Source: an uncultured Actinomycetes bacterium
Lineage (GTDB): Bacteria; Actinomycetota; Acidimicrobiia; IMCC26256; DASPTH01
Length of the DNA: 64,000 nucleotides
Reading direction: 5' to 3'
Assembly: GCA_963750045.1 (NCBI GenBank)
Contig: CAVVPD010000002.1
Span: forward strand, 423,257 to 487,256
Shown: piece by piece, positions 1-8,915 of the stretch
Position numbering within the stretch: position 1 is the first letter of the stretch
How the letters are laid out: the number at the start of each line of letters is the position of its first letter
Notes under the pieces: generated by a model
The model's input: only the letters and a program-made list of their open reading frames with translations
The model's database searches: none
What the model was told of the DNA's origin: nothing
Program-made: the position numbers and the translations under genes

Positions 1-778
1 CCGGCCACGACCTCAACTACCTGGGCGTCGGTGGCTACCTCCACTGCAGCGGCCGCGAGGCCGACGGACGACCGCCGCTCCCCGGACTCACCGTCGCCGA
101 CAGCGCCGGCGGTGGCATGCACGCGGTGATGGCGATCCTCGCCGCGCTGGTACGCCGGGCGACGACAGGCGTGGGCGCGTATCTCGACGTGTCGATCGCC
201 GACGGCGTGCTCGGGCTCATGGCGCTGGCGGCCGACGAGTACCTCGCCACCGGCGAGGAGCCCGAACCCGGCCACGGCCTGCTCACGGGCCGCGACGCGT
301 GTTACGACACCTACCCGACGCGCGCGACGGCAAGTGGCTGACCGTGGCGGCGATCGAGCCGCGATTCTGGGCCAATCTGTGCCGCGCTCTCGGGCTGGAG
401 CAATGGATCTCGCACCAGAACGACGCCGCCGTGCAGGACGAGATACGCGGTGACCTGCGCGCGGTCTTCCTCACGCGCGACCGCGACGACTGGACCGCGA
501 TCCTGGCGCCGGCCGACACGTGCGTCGCGCCGGTGCTCACCGTGCCCGAGGCGATCGTCGACGAGCAGTTCGTCGCTCGCGGCGATTTCGTCGGCGCTGC
601 CCACGTCGACCAGGGGACGTTCCGTCAGGTCGGTCCCGTGTTCGCGGGCATGGAACGCCCCGACGAGCCGTACGAGGCGCGCGACGCAACTGCCACCGAC
701 ACCGATGCGCTCCTCGAAGCGGTCGGTCTGTCTGCCGACGAACGCGCCAAGCTGCGTGAGGCAGGGGTGATCGCGTGA
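1..778 (+). pseudogene. Family III CoA-transferase (CaiB/BaiF, alpha-methylacyl-CoA racemase-like); 5' end outside window; frame broken near 319-327
   Basis: The frame from nt 3 reads GHDLNYLGVGGY..DSAGGGMHAVMAILAAL..ACYDTYPTR and stops at 341. ORF 299..778 continues DGKWLTVAAIEPRFWANLCRALG.. to the stop at 778. The halves form one family-III CoA-transferase only across a shift inside cgcgcgcg (319-326). Confidence 0.85.
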
Positions 779-1293
779 CGGCCACGACACTGCCTCCCGA
801 CGTGGGGGCTCTCATCGGGCAGTTGCAGTACGAGGAGGAGGGCGAGTTCCCCGTCGAGCGCGGCTACTTCTGGACGAGCGCGGCGTCGGTCGAGAACGGG
901 AACCCGCTCTTCTGGGACGACGCGGTCGCCGACCAGATCACCGGCGGCCCCGTCGCGCCGCTGTCGCTCCTCTCGGCCTGGTTCCGCCCTCACCACTGGG
1001 CACCGGGCCGCACGGTGGAGAAGCTGCCCCTGCAGATCCACTTCGACATGAAGGCGCGCTTCGAGCTTCCCGAGGCGATCATGAGCGAGCTCGTCACGAC
1101 GTTCCACGAGCCGGTGCGCCCCGGTGATCGGATCACCAGCGCGCAACGACTGGTGTCGGTCAGCGATGAGAAGACGACGAAGCTCGGCACCGGCCGCTTC
1201 TGGGTGATCGACGTCGAGTACCGCAACCAGCGCGCCGAGTTGGTCGGCGTCGAATGCTGGACCGGTTTCGGCTACCGGAGGGCGGACGCGTGA
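775..1293 (+). CDS. MaoC-family hydratase partner subunit (FAS1-like/HadA-like N-terminal hot-dog domain)
   Basis: ORF 775..1293 (172 aa); the GTG start overlaps the upstream stop (GTGA). Balanced composition. ..ENGNPLFWDD..LSLLSAWFRP..TKLGTGRFWVIDVEYRNQ.. resembles the non-catalytic chain of two-subunit (R)-hydratases. Confidence 0.75.
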   Translation: MTATTLPPDVGALIGQLQYEEEGEFPVERGYFWTSAASVENGNPLFWDDAVADQITGGPVAPLSLLSAWFRPHHWAPGRTVEKLPLQIHFDMKARFELPEAIMSELVTTFHEPVRPGDRITSAQRLVSVSDEKTTKLGTGRFWVIDVEYRNQRAELVGVECWTGFGYRRADA

Positions 1294-1757
1294 TCACGCT
1301 CGATCAGGTCTCGGTGGGCGACACGCTGCCCGCGCTCTCCTACGACGTCACGTCGACGACCGTCGTGCTCGGCGCGCTCGCGGCGCGTGACTGGCGGCCC
1401 ATGCACCACGACTACCACTTCGCGGTCGAGCGCCAGGGCGTGCAGGACATCTTCCTCAACTCGCCGAACCAGGAAGCGTGGCTGGAGCGCTTCGTCACCG
1501 ACTGGACCGGACCGAAGGGTCGCATCGGCCGCCTCGGGTTCGCCATGAAGGACTCGGTGTTCCCCGGCGACACCATGGTGATCGAGGGCACCGTGCGCGA
1601 CGTCGGGATCGATGGCACCGGCTGCGGCTGGGTCACCGTCGACCTCACCATCCGCGTCGGCGAGCGGCTCTGCACGGGCTCGTTCGCCAAGGTCGCGGTA
1701 CCGACGACCCCCGACGACAACCCCTGGGCCCGGCGGGACGAGCGCTGGCTCCCGTAG
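1290..1757 (+). CDS. MaoC-like (R)-specific enoyl-CoA hydratase, hot-dog subunit
   Basis: In-frame GTG at 1290 overlaps the previous stop (GTGA). VITLDQVSVGD..RDWRPMHHDYHFAVERQGVQDIFLN..GDTMVIEGTVRDV.. is a hot-dog/MaoC pattern. The ORF-track start 1254 lies inside the upstream gene and is probably too early. Confidence 0.8.
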   Translation: MITLDQVSVGDTLPALSYDVTSTTVVLGALAARDWRPMHHDYHFAVERQGVQDIFLNSPNQEAWLERFVTDWTGPKGRIGRLGFAMKDSVFPGDTMVIEGTVRDVGIDGTGCGWVTVDLTIRVGERLCTGSFAKVAVPTTPDDNPWARRDERWLP

Positions 1758-1778
1758 TCCGACGACCGAAGGATCACG

Positions 1779-2914
1779 ATGGATCTCGACTTCACTCCCG
1801 AGCAGGACATGCTGCGAGAGGCGGTGGCCGGCGTGTGCGCGCGGTACTGCGGGCTCGACGTCGTCCGGCAGATGGAGGACGACCCGATCGGGTACTCCGA
1901 CACGTTCTGGGCGCAGCTGGCGGAGCTCGGCCTGCTCGGCATGACGTTGCCCGAGGAGCACGGCGGCAGCGGGATGACCATGCTCGACGCCGTCGTCGTC
2001 TACACGGAGCTCGGGCGCGCGCTCGCGCCGTCGCCCCATTTCGTGAGCTCGGTCATGAGCGGGGGGGTGCTGGCGCACGCCGGGTCGCCCGCGGCAGCAG
2101 GCGGAGTGGCTGCCGCGGATCGCTGCGGGCGAGGCGATCCTCACGACCGGCGTGGCTGGAGCCGGGCGGCGGGTTCGGGCCCGAGGGCGTGCGCCTGGCC
2201 GCGACTCCGAGCGGCGACGGCTGGCGGCTCGACGGGGCCAAGCGCCACGTCCAGTTCGCGTGGGCCGCCGACCGCCTCCTCGTGCTCGCGCGCACCCCGG
2301 ACGGGCCGTCGCTCTTCCTCGTCGACCCGCAGGCACCGGGCGTCACGCTCACCCAGCAGATGACCATCGCGTCCGACACGCAGTACCGGGTCGACTTCGA
2401 AGCGGTGCAGGTCGGCGCCGATGCCCTCGTCGGGGCATCGGGCGACGGGTGGGCAACGTGGGACGCGGTCATGCGCGACGGCATCATCCTCCTCGCGGCA
2501 CAGGCCGTCGGCGGGGCGCAGTACGCGCTCGGGATCACGGTGCAGTACGCCAAGGACCGCTTCCAGTTCGACAAGCCACTCGGCGCGTTCCAGTCGATCG
2601 CGGACTACCTGTCCGACGCGGTCACCACCGTCGACGGCGCCGAGACGCTCGTGTGGGAAGCCGGCTGGGCCCGAAGCGTTGGCCGCGACGTGAGCAGCCT
2701 GGCGCCGATGGCGAAGCTGTTCGCCTGCCAGACGTTCCGCGACGTGACCGCGACCGCGCAGCAGGTGTTCGGCGGCGTCGGCTTCACGCTGGAGTACGAC
2801 ATCCAGCTCTACTTCCGCCGCGCCAAGCAGCTGCAGCTCTCGTGGTGGAACGACCGCTACCTCGAGGAGCTCGTCGCGCACCAGGTGCTCGACGAGCGTC
2901 AGAGCTTGGTGTGA
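1779..2914 (+). pseudogene. Acyl-CoA dehydrogenase; two frame breaks (about 2085-2095 and 2146-2152)
   Basis: The N-terminus MDLDFTPEQDMLREAV..LGMTLPEEHGGSGMTMLDAVVVYTELGRA is in the ORF 1779 frame. A ~60-nt middle piece reads QQAEWLPRIAAGEAILTT only in the third frame. The C-terminus AWLEPGGGFGPEG..GAQYALGITVQYAKDRFQFDKPLGAFQSI..FGGVGFTLEYDIQLYFRRAK is in the frame of ORF 1478..2914. Length is 3n+2. Confidence 0.85.
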
Positions 2915-3375
2915 TCCCAGGATGCGACACGCTCGTGGTGGACCTTGATGCCGACGCGCTTGTTGAGCATCATCTCGACCGCCGGGAGCATGTCGTCGGT
3001 GTAGGGCCCGACGTGCCGTTCGAACACCGACTTGCCCATCTCGAGCAGCCGGTCACGGTCGTCGAAGATCTCGGCCCGGCCGACGATCTGCACGCCGCGT
3101 AGCTCGTTGTAGGTGTCGCCGGTCTCGACCATGCACGTGATGGTCGGATTGCGGCGCAGGTTCTGGACCTTCTGCGACTTCGCCTTGGTCTCGAACGCGA
3201 TCTCACCCTCGAGGAAGCCGTACCACATCGCCACCATGTGGATGGTGCCGTCGGCGTTGAGCGACGCCAGCGACATCGTGTGCTTCCCGCGCAGGAACTC
3301 GCCGATCTCCGCGTCGGTCATCTGGATCTGGGCGCGCTGCTTGACGCCCTTGCCCATCTGCTCGTCGGCCGGCAT
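2899..3375 (-). CDS. Pyridoxamine 5'-phosphate oxidase-family (PPOX-class split-barrel, FMN/F420-type) protein
   Basis: Last 158 codons of ORF 2899..3714, starting at ATG 3375 (MPADEQMGKG..). ..TMSLASLNADGTIHMVAMWYGF..NLRRNPTITCMVETG..ELRGVQIVGRAEI.. The upstream part of that ORF is Arg/Pro-rich read-through. Confidence 0.8.
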   Translation of the reverse strand: MPADEQMGKGVKQRAQIQMTDAEIGEFLRGKHTMSLASLNADGTIHMVAMWYGFLEGEIAFETKAKSQKVQNLRRNPTITCMVETGDTYNELRGVQIVGRAEIFDDRDRLLEMGKSVFERHVGPYTDDMLPAVEMMLNKRVGIKVHHERVASWDHTKL

Positions 3376-3838
3376 CAGGCCAACCACCGGGAGAGTGACT
3401 CGATGACGCACGCCGGGCGCTTGCCGCCCTCGATCTCGATGGTGATGAGCACCTTCGTCTGGATGCCGCCGGCGACGTCGGTCACCTCGACCAGCTCGGC
3501 GCCGCCGCGGATGCGCGAGCCGACGAGCACGGGGGAGACGAACCGCACCTTGTCGGTGCCGTAGTTCACCGCCATCGAGAAGCCCTCGTACCGGGCGATC
3601 TGCGGCAGGAAGAAGCTGGCCAGCGACAGCGTCAGGTACCCGTGGGCAATGGTGCCACCGAAGGGCCCGTCCTTCGCGCGCGAGCCACGTCGACGTGGAT
3701 CCACTGGTGGTCACCGGTCGCCTCGGCGAACGTGTTCACCCGCTCCTGGGTGATCTCCAACCAGTCGCTGTATCCGAGGTGCTCTCCCACCGCGGCCTTC
3801 ACGCTCTCGACGCCGTCGAACACCCTTGGTTCAGCCAC
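3375..3838 (-). pseudogene. MaoC-like dehydratase (hot-dog fold); frame break at 3675-3683
   Basis: The N-terminal piece (ORF 3632..3838, GTG start) reads MAEPRVFDG..FAEATGDHQWIHVDVAR. The C-terminal piece (ORF 3375..3704) reads ..AKDGPFGGTIAHGYLTLSLASFFLPQ..GSRIRGGAELVEVTD. They join as DHQWIHVDxxRAKDGPFGGTIAHG across (cg)4 at 3675-3682. Length is 3n+2. Confidence 0.85.
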
Positions 3839-4905
3839 TCGTTCCCTCCAGGTTTCCGAGCACCTTCTCGGCCTCGGCGATGATGCGGTCGATCAATTCC
3901 TTGCACGTCGGCAGGTCGTCGATCACGCCGACCACCTGCCCGCTCGGCAGCACGCCCGACTCCACCTTGCCATCGACCAGCGCGGCCCTGGTGAGCATCG
4001 GCGCGTTGGCGGCCATGAGCGTCTGCGTCCAGGTGAGGCCGAGCGACTTGCGCATCGCCAACCCCTCCTTGGTCATCGCGGGCAGCGAGATCCCTGACAG
4101 CTTGTGGAATCGCCACGCGTTCGCGGTCGCGCGTGGCAGGGCCCACACCTTGCCGCGGCCCGACTCCACCTCGTCGACCAGCTCGGTGTCGAGCATGCGG
4201 TGCGGGACGCCGTCGATCTGCTTGGTGACGACGGTCTGGGTCACCGTCTTGCCCAGGTAGTAGTCCTTCACGACCTGCGGCACGGCGGAATCGGCGCTGA
4301 GCAGGAATCGCGTGCCCATCGCGATCGCGTCGGCGCCGTAGGACAACGCCGCGACCAGCCCGCGGCCGTCGAAGAAGCCGCCGGCCGCGATGACCGGGAT
4401 CTTGCCCTGCACCGCGTCGACCACCTGCGGCAGCAGGATCGTGGTGGGCACCGAACCGGTGTGGCCTCCGCCCTCGCCGCCCTGGACGAGCACCGCGTCG
4501 ACGCCCCACTCGAGCACCTTCTCGGCGTGCCGCTTCGCACCGATCGACGGCACCACGAGCACACCACCGTCGTGCAGCTGCCCGATGAGCGCCTCCTTGG
4601 GAGCCTGGGCGAAGCTCGCCACCTTGACCTGCTCGTCGACCAACAGCTTGATGCGGTCACCGATGTCGGCGGCGTCGGCCCGGAGGTTCACACCGAACGG
4701 GTTGCCCGTCCGCTGCTTCACCTGCGCGATCGCCGCTCGCAGTTGACCGAAATCCATGGTCGCGCTCGGCGATCAGGCCGAGGCCGCCGGCGGCGGCGGT
4801 CGCCGACGTGAGACCCGCGCCCGACACCCAGCCCATGCCGGTCTGGACGATGGGGTACTCGACCCCGACGAGATCGCAGAACCGGGTGTGGAGACGAGGG
4901 TGCAT
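3831..4905 (-). pseudogene. ipdC: Nitronate monooxygenase-family FMN oxidoreductase (IpdC-like); frame break near 4761-4768
   Basis: The N-terminus MHPRLHTRFCDLVGVEYPIVQTGMGWVSGAGLTSATAAAGGLGLIA lies inside ORF 4657..5160. The frame of ORF 3831..4757 then continues (..TMDFGQLRAAIAQVK..VQGGEGGGHTG..IPVIAAGGFFDGRG..). The gene follows the ipdA/ipdB-like pair, and its start overlaps their stop (TGATG). Confidence 0.75.
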
Positions 4906-5669
4906 CAGCCCGGGACTTCCTGGTCGCGCATCCCCTGCGGGTCGAGCCGGGCGATCCCGGCCGCCTCCTCGGGGCTGGGCGCGCGGGTCTCGGGGACGTC
5001 GCCGTCGATCGTCAGCTCGAACCCGGTCGCGGCGACGACGTCGTCGACCGTGACGCCCGGGTGCACACTCACCAACCGCATGCGGTGCTCCCGTCCCCCG
5101 AAGTCGAGCACCGCGAGGTTGGTGATCACCCGCCGGAGCTCGTGGTGCGCACGCACCCACTCCCCCAGCTCGGCGGCGCGGTCGTAGCCGATGCCGGAGA
5201 CGACGTCCACCTTCTCGACGAACACCTTCGGCGAGTGGGCGGGGATCCAGTAGCTCGTGACGTTCTGCACGGTGTTGCCGGGCGCACCGCGGATGCCGAG
5301 CAGCTGGACCTTCGGGTGCGAGGGGTCACCGATGAAGGCGAAATTCTGGTTCCCGAAAGGATCCAGCTGCGACGCGCCCATCATCACGTGGCGCCGACCG
5401 GACCACACGACGTCGAACATCGTGCGGTACGGGTTCCACGCCTCGATCGTCTTCTCGGGGTCGCCGACACCGAGGGGGATGCCGTTGGCTACGAGCAGCG
5501 CCTCACCGTCCGTCATCACGAGGTCGGGCTCGAAGATGTCGCGGGCGAGCCGGCCGCCGATGGCCGGGATGGTCCCGATCGGGTTGGCCATGATCTCACC
5601 GTCGCCGCGGAAGCACTCGGCGACTGCGATCACGCACGCATCCGCGCGGCTCACAGCTGCCGGACTCAC
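4905..5669 (-). CDS. ipdB: CoA-transferase beta subunit (IpdB-like)
   Basis: GTG at 5669 overlaps the upstream stop (GTGA). VSPAAVSRADACVIAVAECFRGDGEIMANPIGTIP..VMMGASQLDPFGNQNF..VHPGVTVDDVVAATGFEL.. is a glutaconate/3-oxoacid CoA-transferase B-type chain. The first ~90 codons of ORF 4905..5942 are read-through. Confidence 0.8.
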   Translation of the reverse strand: MSPAAVSRADACVIAVAECFRGDGEIMANPIGTIPAIGGRLARDIFEPDLVMTDGEALLVANGIPLGVGDPEKTIEAWNPYRTMFDVVWSGRRHVMMGASQLDPFGNQNFAFIGDPSHPKVQLLGIRGAPGNTVQNVTSYWIPAHSPKVFVEKVDVVSGIGYDRAAELGEWVRAHHELRRVITNLAVLDFGGREHRMRLVSVHPGVTVDDVVAATGFELTIDGDVPETRAPSPEEAAGIARLDPQGMRDQEVPG

Positions 5670-6514
5670 AGGCCGACCACCTTCCGGTACTCGGCGTGAT
5701 CGCCGCAATCGACGTACTTCGCCTTCCACGCCTCCCAAAGATCGGGGTCCTTGGCACTCGCGGCGTACTCCTTCTGGAACGCCTCGTCCCGGCCGTAGTC
5801 GGGCACGCACTCGGTGAAGTGCGCGCCCTTCGGTGCTTCGATGACGCCATGGGTCATCAGGCGGCTGATCAGCATGCTCTGCACCGGACCGTTGCTCGCG
5901 AGCTGGTCGGTGTCGACCAGTTGCTCGACGCTCATGTAGCACCGGGGCGCGGCCAGCGCGACCAGGTTGTCCATGTAGGGATCGACGTTGAGGTACTGGC
6001 CATTGCCCCGCGCGTCACCGCGGTGCATGTGGATGAGCGCGACATCCAGGTTGAGCGCGGGCGCCGCCACCAGCTCTTCGGCATCCTCGTAGGGAGAGAC
6101 GACGGTCTTGATCTCGGGCTGGCGGTCGACGACGAACGAACCGAGACCGACGCGCGTCGGCAGGAACGGCACCCGCCACGCCGCCGCCTGTAGCCCGAGG
6201 AGGAACATGCCCTCGTCGAGCTCGAGCGTCTGCACCGCACCCGACTGGCGGGCGTTGCGGAAATGCGGCTCGAGCGCGATCGAGTCGAGCGAGCAGAACG
6301 GGTACACCGCCTTCTTCACCTTGCCCACCGCGCACAACAACCCGAGGTCCGGGCCGGCGTAGCTCGCGATCGTCAGATCCGACAGCCCCGACCGGGCGAT
6401 GGCCCGCACGATGCTCATCGGCTTGCGCCGCGAACCCCAACCCCCGATCCCGATGGTCATGCCGTCGCGGAGCTCGGCGACGACCTCTTCTTCGGTCATG
6501 CGTTTGTCGGTCAA
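5666..6514 (-). CDS. ipdA: CoA-transferase alpha subunit (IpdA-like)
   Basis: ORF 5666..6514 (282 aa): ..LRDGMTIGIGGWGSRRKPMSIVRAI..YAGPDLGLLCAVGKVKK..EAPKGAHFTECVPDYGRDEAFQKEY.. Confidence 0.85.
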   Translation of the reverse strand: MTDKRMTEEEVVAELRDGMTIGIGGWGSRRKPMSIVRAIARSGLSDLTIASYAGPDLGLLCAVGKVKKAVYPFCSLDSIALEPHFRNARQSGAVQTLELDEGMFLLGLQAAAWRVPFLPTRVGLGSFVVDRQPEIKTVVSPYEDAEELVAAPALNLDVALIHMHRGDARGNGQYLNVDPYMDNLVALAAPRCYMSVEQLVDTDQLASNGPVQSMLISRLMTHGVIEAPKGAHFTECVPDYGRDEAFQKEYAASAKDPDLWEAWKAKYVDCGDHAEYRKVVGL

Positions 6515-6545
6515 CCGCTACTCCGGTGCTGTGGGAAGCAAGCAA

Positions 6546-7307
6546 CTACTTCGCCGTGTCGGCGTCGCGCTTCTCGACGAACGCGTCCCGCAGCTCGTCG
6601 GACACGCCCGCCAGGTTGAGCTCGAAGGTGAACCCCTGCTCGAACCGGTAGGAACGCTTGACGTCCCAGAGGTCGATGCCGTTGAGGCTCTCCTTCGCCG
6701 CGCGGATCACCGCCGGTGACTTCGCCGCGATCGACGCGGCGACCTCCAACGCGGCGCTGCGCAGCTGGTCGCGGGGCACCACCTGCAGGACCGAACCGAA
6801 CGCGTGGAGCTCGGCGGCCGTCGCAGTGGCACCCGTGTAGACCATCGCCCGCATCTTGTGCTGCGGCACCAGACGCGCGAGGTGGGTCGCCGCACCCAGC
6901 GCGCCCCGGTCGACCTCGGGCAGGCCGAAGAACGCGTCGTCGCTGGCGATCACGATGTCGGCGTTGCCGGCGAGGCCGATCCCGCCACCCACGCAGAACC
7001 CGTTGACCGCGGCGATGAGCGGGACCGGGCAGTCGTACACCGCCGCGAAGGCGGCGAAGCACCCCTTGTTGGCCCCGATCAGGGCTGCGAAGCCCTCGGT
7101 GTTCTGCATCTCCTTGATGTCCACGCCCGCGTTGAAGCCCTTGCCCTCGCTGCGCAGCACGACGACGCGGGTGGCCGGGTCAGTGCCGGCCGCGGTGACC
7201 TTCTCGGCGAGGTCGAACCAACCGGCGACGGTCAGCGCGTTCACCGGAGGGACGTCGACGACGATCTCGACTCTCCCCTGGTCGTCGCGCGTCGAACTGA
7301 TCCCCAC
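6546..7307 (-). CDS. echA20: Enoyl-CoA hydratase/isomerase (crotonase) family, EchA20-like by position
   Basis: ORF 6546..7307 (253 aa): ..VVVLRSEGKGFNAGVDIKEM..PLIAAVNGFCVGGGIGLAGNADIVIAS.. It lies directly upstream of the ipdA/ipdB-like genes on the same strand, the order I recall from the mycobacterial KstR2 regulon. Confidence 0.75.
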   Translation of the reverse strand: MGISSTRDDQGRVEIVVDVPPVNALTVAGWFDLAEKVTAAGTDPATRVVVLRSEGKGFNAGVDIKEMQNTEGFAALIGANKGCFAAFAAVYDCPVPLIAAVNGFCVGGGIGLAGNADIVIASDDAFFGLPEVDRGALGAATHLARLVPQHKMRAMVYTGATATAAELHAFGSVLQVVPRDQLRSAALEVAASIAAKSPAVIRAAKESLNGIDLWDVKRSYRFEQGFTFELNLAGVSDELRDAFVEKRDADTAK

Positions 7308-7355
7308 GGCCGGGAGCCTACCTGCGACCTGACGGAGCGTCAGATTGGAGCGGCG

Positions 7356-8114
7356 TCAGAGCGCGGACACGTCGAGGTAGGGCGGGGGTTCGCCACCGCC
7401 GTGGACGGCGAGGTTCGCACCGCTCACGTACTGGGCCAGCGGAGACGAGAGGAACACGCAGGCGTCGCCGATGTCGGCGGGGTCGGCGATGCGCCCGAGG
7501 GGAACCGTCCTGCCCACCTGGGCGATGCCTTCCTCGTCGCCGTAGAAGAGATGCGACTGCTCGGTGCGCACCATCCCGGCGGTGACCAGGTTGACCCGCA
7601 CCTTCGGAGCCCATTCGACCGCCACGGTCTCGGTGAAGTTGATGAGCCCGGCCTTGGCTGCGCCGTAGGCGGCGGTCTTCGGCGTCGGTCGCTGACCGCT
7701 GACGCTCCCGATGTTGATCATCGAGCCGCCGGTGTCCTGCTGCTGCATCCAGCGGTTGGCGCGTTGGGAGCAGAAGATCGCCGCGAACAGGTTCAGCGCC
7801 ACGATCCGCTCCGTGAAGCGCGGCTTGGCGGTGGTGCTGTCCGCGGGCGGCGATCCGCCCGCATTGTTGACCAGCACGTCGAGCCGGCCGAAGGCGTCGA
7901 CCACCGAGTCGACCATCGCCCACGCGGCCTCGCCGTCGCGCAGGTCGACGCCGAACCACTCCCACCCGTTGGGCAGCTCCTCGGGTTCGCTGCGGGAGCA
8001 GACGGCGACGGTCGCGCCCGCATCGGCGAAGCGCTGCGCGATTCCCCGCCCCACGCCTTTGGTGCCGCCGGTCACGAGCACGACCATGCCGTCGAAATCG
8101 AGCTCGATGGCCAT
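7356..8114 (-). CDS. Short-chain dehydrogenase/reductase (SDR)
   Basis: Last 252 codons of ORF 7356..8750, starting at ATG 8114: MAIELDFDGMVVLVTGGTKGVGRGIA..LVNNAGG..KTAAYGAAKAGL.. (TGxxxGxG, NNAG, YxxxK). Confidence 0.9.
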   Translation of the reverse strand: MAIELDFDGMVVLVTGGTKGVGRGIAQRFADAGATVAVCSRSEPEELPNGWEWFGVDLRDGEAAWAMVDSVVDAFGRLDVLVNNAGGSPPADSTTAKPRFTERIVALNLFAAIFCSQRANRWMQQQDTGGSMINIGSVSGQRPTPKTAAYGAAKAGLINFTETVAVEWAPKVRVNLVTAGMVRTEQSHLFYGDEEGIAQVGRTVPLGRIADPADIGDACVFLSSPLAQYVSGANLAVHGGGEPPPYLDVSAL

Positions 8115-8147
8115 GCGGGTTACCGTACCCCGCAGGAGGTCGCGGGC

Positions 8148-8915
8148 ATGGAGTTCGAACAGCTCGAGGTCGTGGTCGAGGGCCCCGTCACCCGGATCGT
8201 GCTCGACCGTCCCGACCGGCGCAACGCGCTGAGCCTCGAGCTGATGCGCGAGTTCCTGGGCGCGCTCGACGGTCTGCGCGACGAGTGCGCGGTCGTCGTG
8301 GTCGAGGGGCGCGGGCCGGTGTTCTCCGCCGGCCACGACCTCGCCGAGATGACCGCGCGCGACGACGACTTCTACGCCGAATTGTTCGCGGTCTGCACCG
8401 AGATGATGTTGCGGCTCCACGACGCACCTCAGCCGGTGATCGCCCGGGTGCACGGCGTGGCGACCGCCGCCGGGTGCCAGCTCGTCGCCGCGTGCGACCT
8501 GGCCGTCGCCGCCGCCGAGGCGACGTTCGCGACCCCGGGCGTGCGCATCGGCCTGTTCTGCTCGACGCCGATGATCCCGTTGACCCGCGCCATCGGGCGC
8601 AAGCGGGCCCTGCAGATGCTGCTCACCGGCGAGCCGGTCGACGCCATCACCGCGCTCGACTGGGGCTTGGTGAACGAGGTCGTCCCGCCCGACGACCTCG
8701 ACGGCGCGGTCGGCCGGCTCGTCGGCCGGCTCCTCCGCTTCAGCCCGCACGTGATCGGGCTGGGCAAGCGGGCGTTCTACGACCAGATCGAGCGCGTCGA
8801 ACCCGACGCGTATGCGGTGGTCCAGCCGGTCATGGCCGCCAACGCGGCCGACGCAGACGCCCAGGAAGGGATCCGCGCGTTCCTCGAGAAGCGAGCGCCG
8901 GAGTGGCCCCGCTAG
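8148..8915 (+). CDS. Enoyl-CoA hydratase/isomerase family protein
   Basis: ATG 8148 is preceded by AGGAGG (8134-8139). MEFEQLEVVVEGPVTRIVLDRPDRRNALS..FSAGHDLAEM..VIARVHGVATAAGCQLVAACDLAVAA.. The first ~448 codons of ORF 6804..8915 are antisense read-through. Confidence 0.9.
   Translation: MEFEQLEVVVEGPVTRIVLDRPDRRNALSLELMREFLGALDGLRDECAVVVVEGRGPVFSAGHDLAEMTARDDDFYAELFAVCTEMMLRLHDAPQPVIARVHGVATAAGCQLVAACDLAVAAAEATFATPGVRIGLFCSTPMIPLTRAIGRKRALQMLLTGEPVDAITALDWGLVNEVVPPDDLDGAVGRLVGRLLRFSPHVIGLGKRAFYDQIERVEPDAYAVVQPVMAANAADADAQEGIRAFLEKRAPEWPR

Noticed and set aside
7329-7343. Hairpin CTGACG-gag-CGTCAG between the SDR and the echA20-like gene as a terminator
   Set aside because: It has only a 6-bp stem and no T-tract, and it sits between co-directional genes that probably form one unit. 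It is too weak to call.
6804-8147. N-terminal ~448 codons of ORF 6804..8915
   Set aside because: It is antisense to the echA20-like and SDR genes, Arg/Gly/Asp/His-rich, and has no recognisable domain. Only the last 255 codons (from ATG 8148 with AGGAGG upstream) look like a crotonase.
8115-8147. Imperfect palindrome GCGGGTTAC-C-GTACCCCGC in the 33-nt divergent spacer as an operator
   Set aside because: It has one mismatch and is GC-rich, so it is easily produced by chance. No regulator gene is adjacent. I noted it but it is not supportable as a feature.
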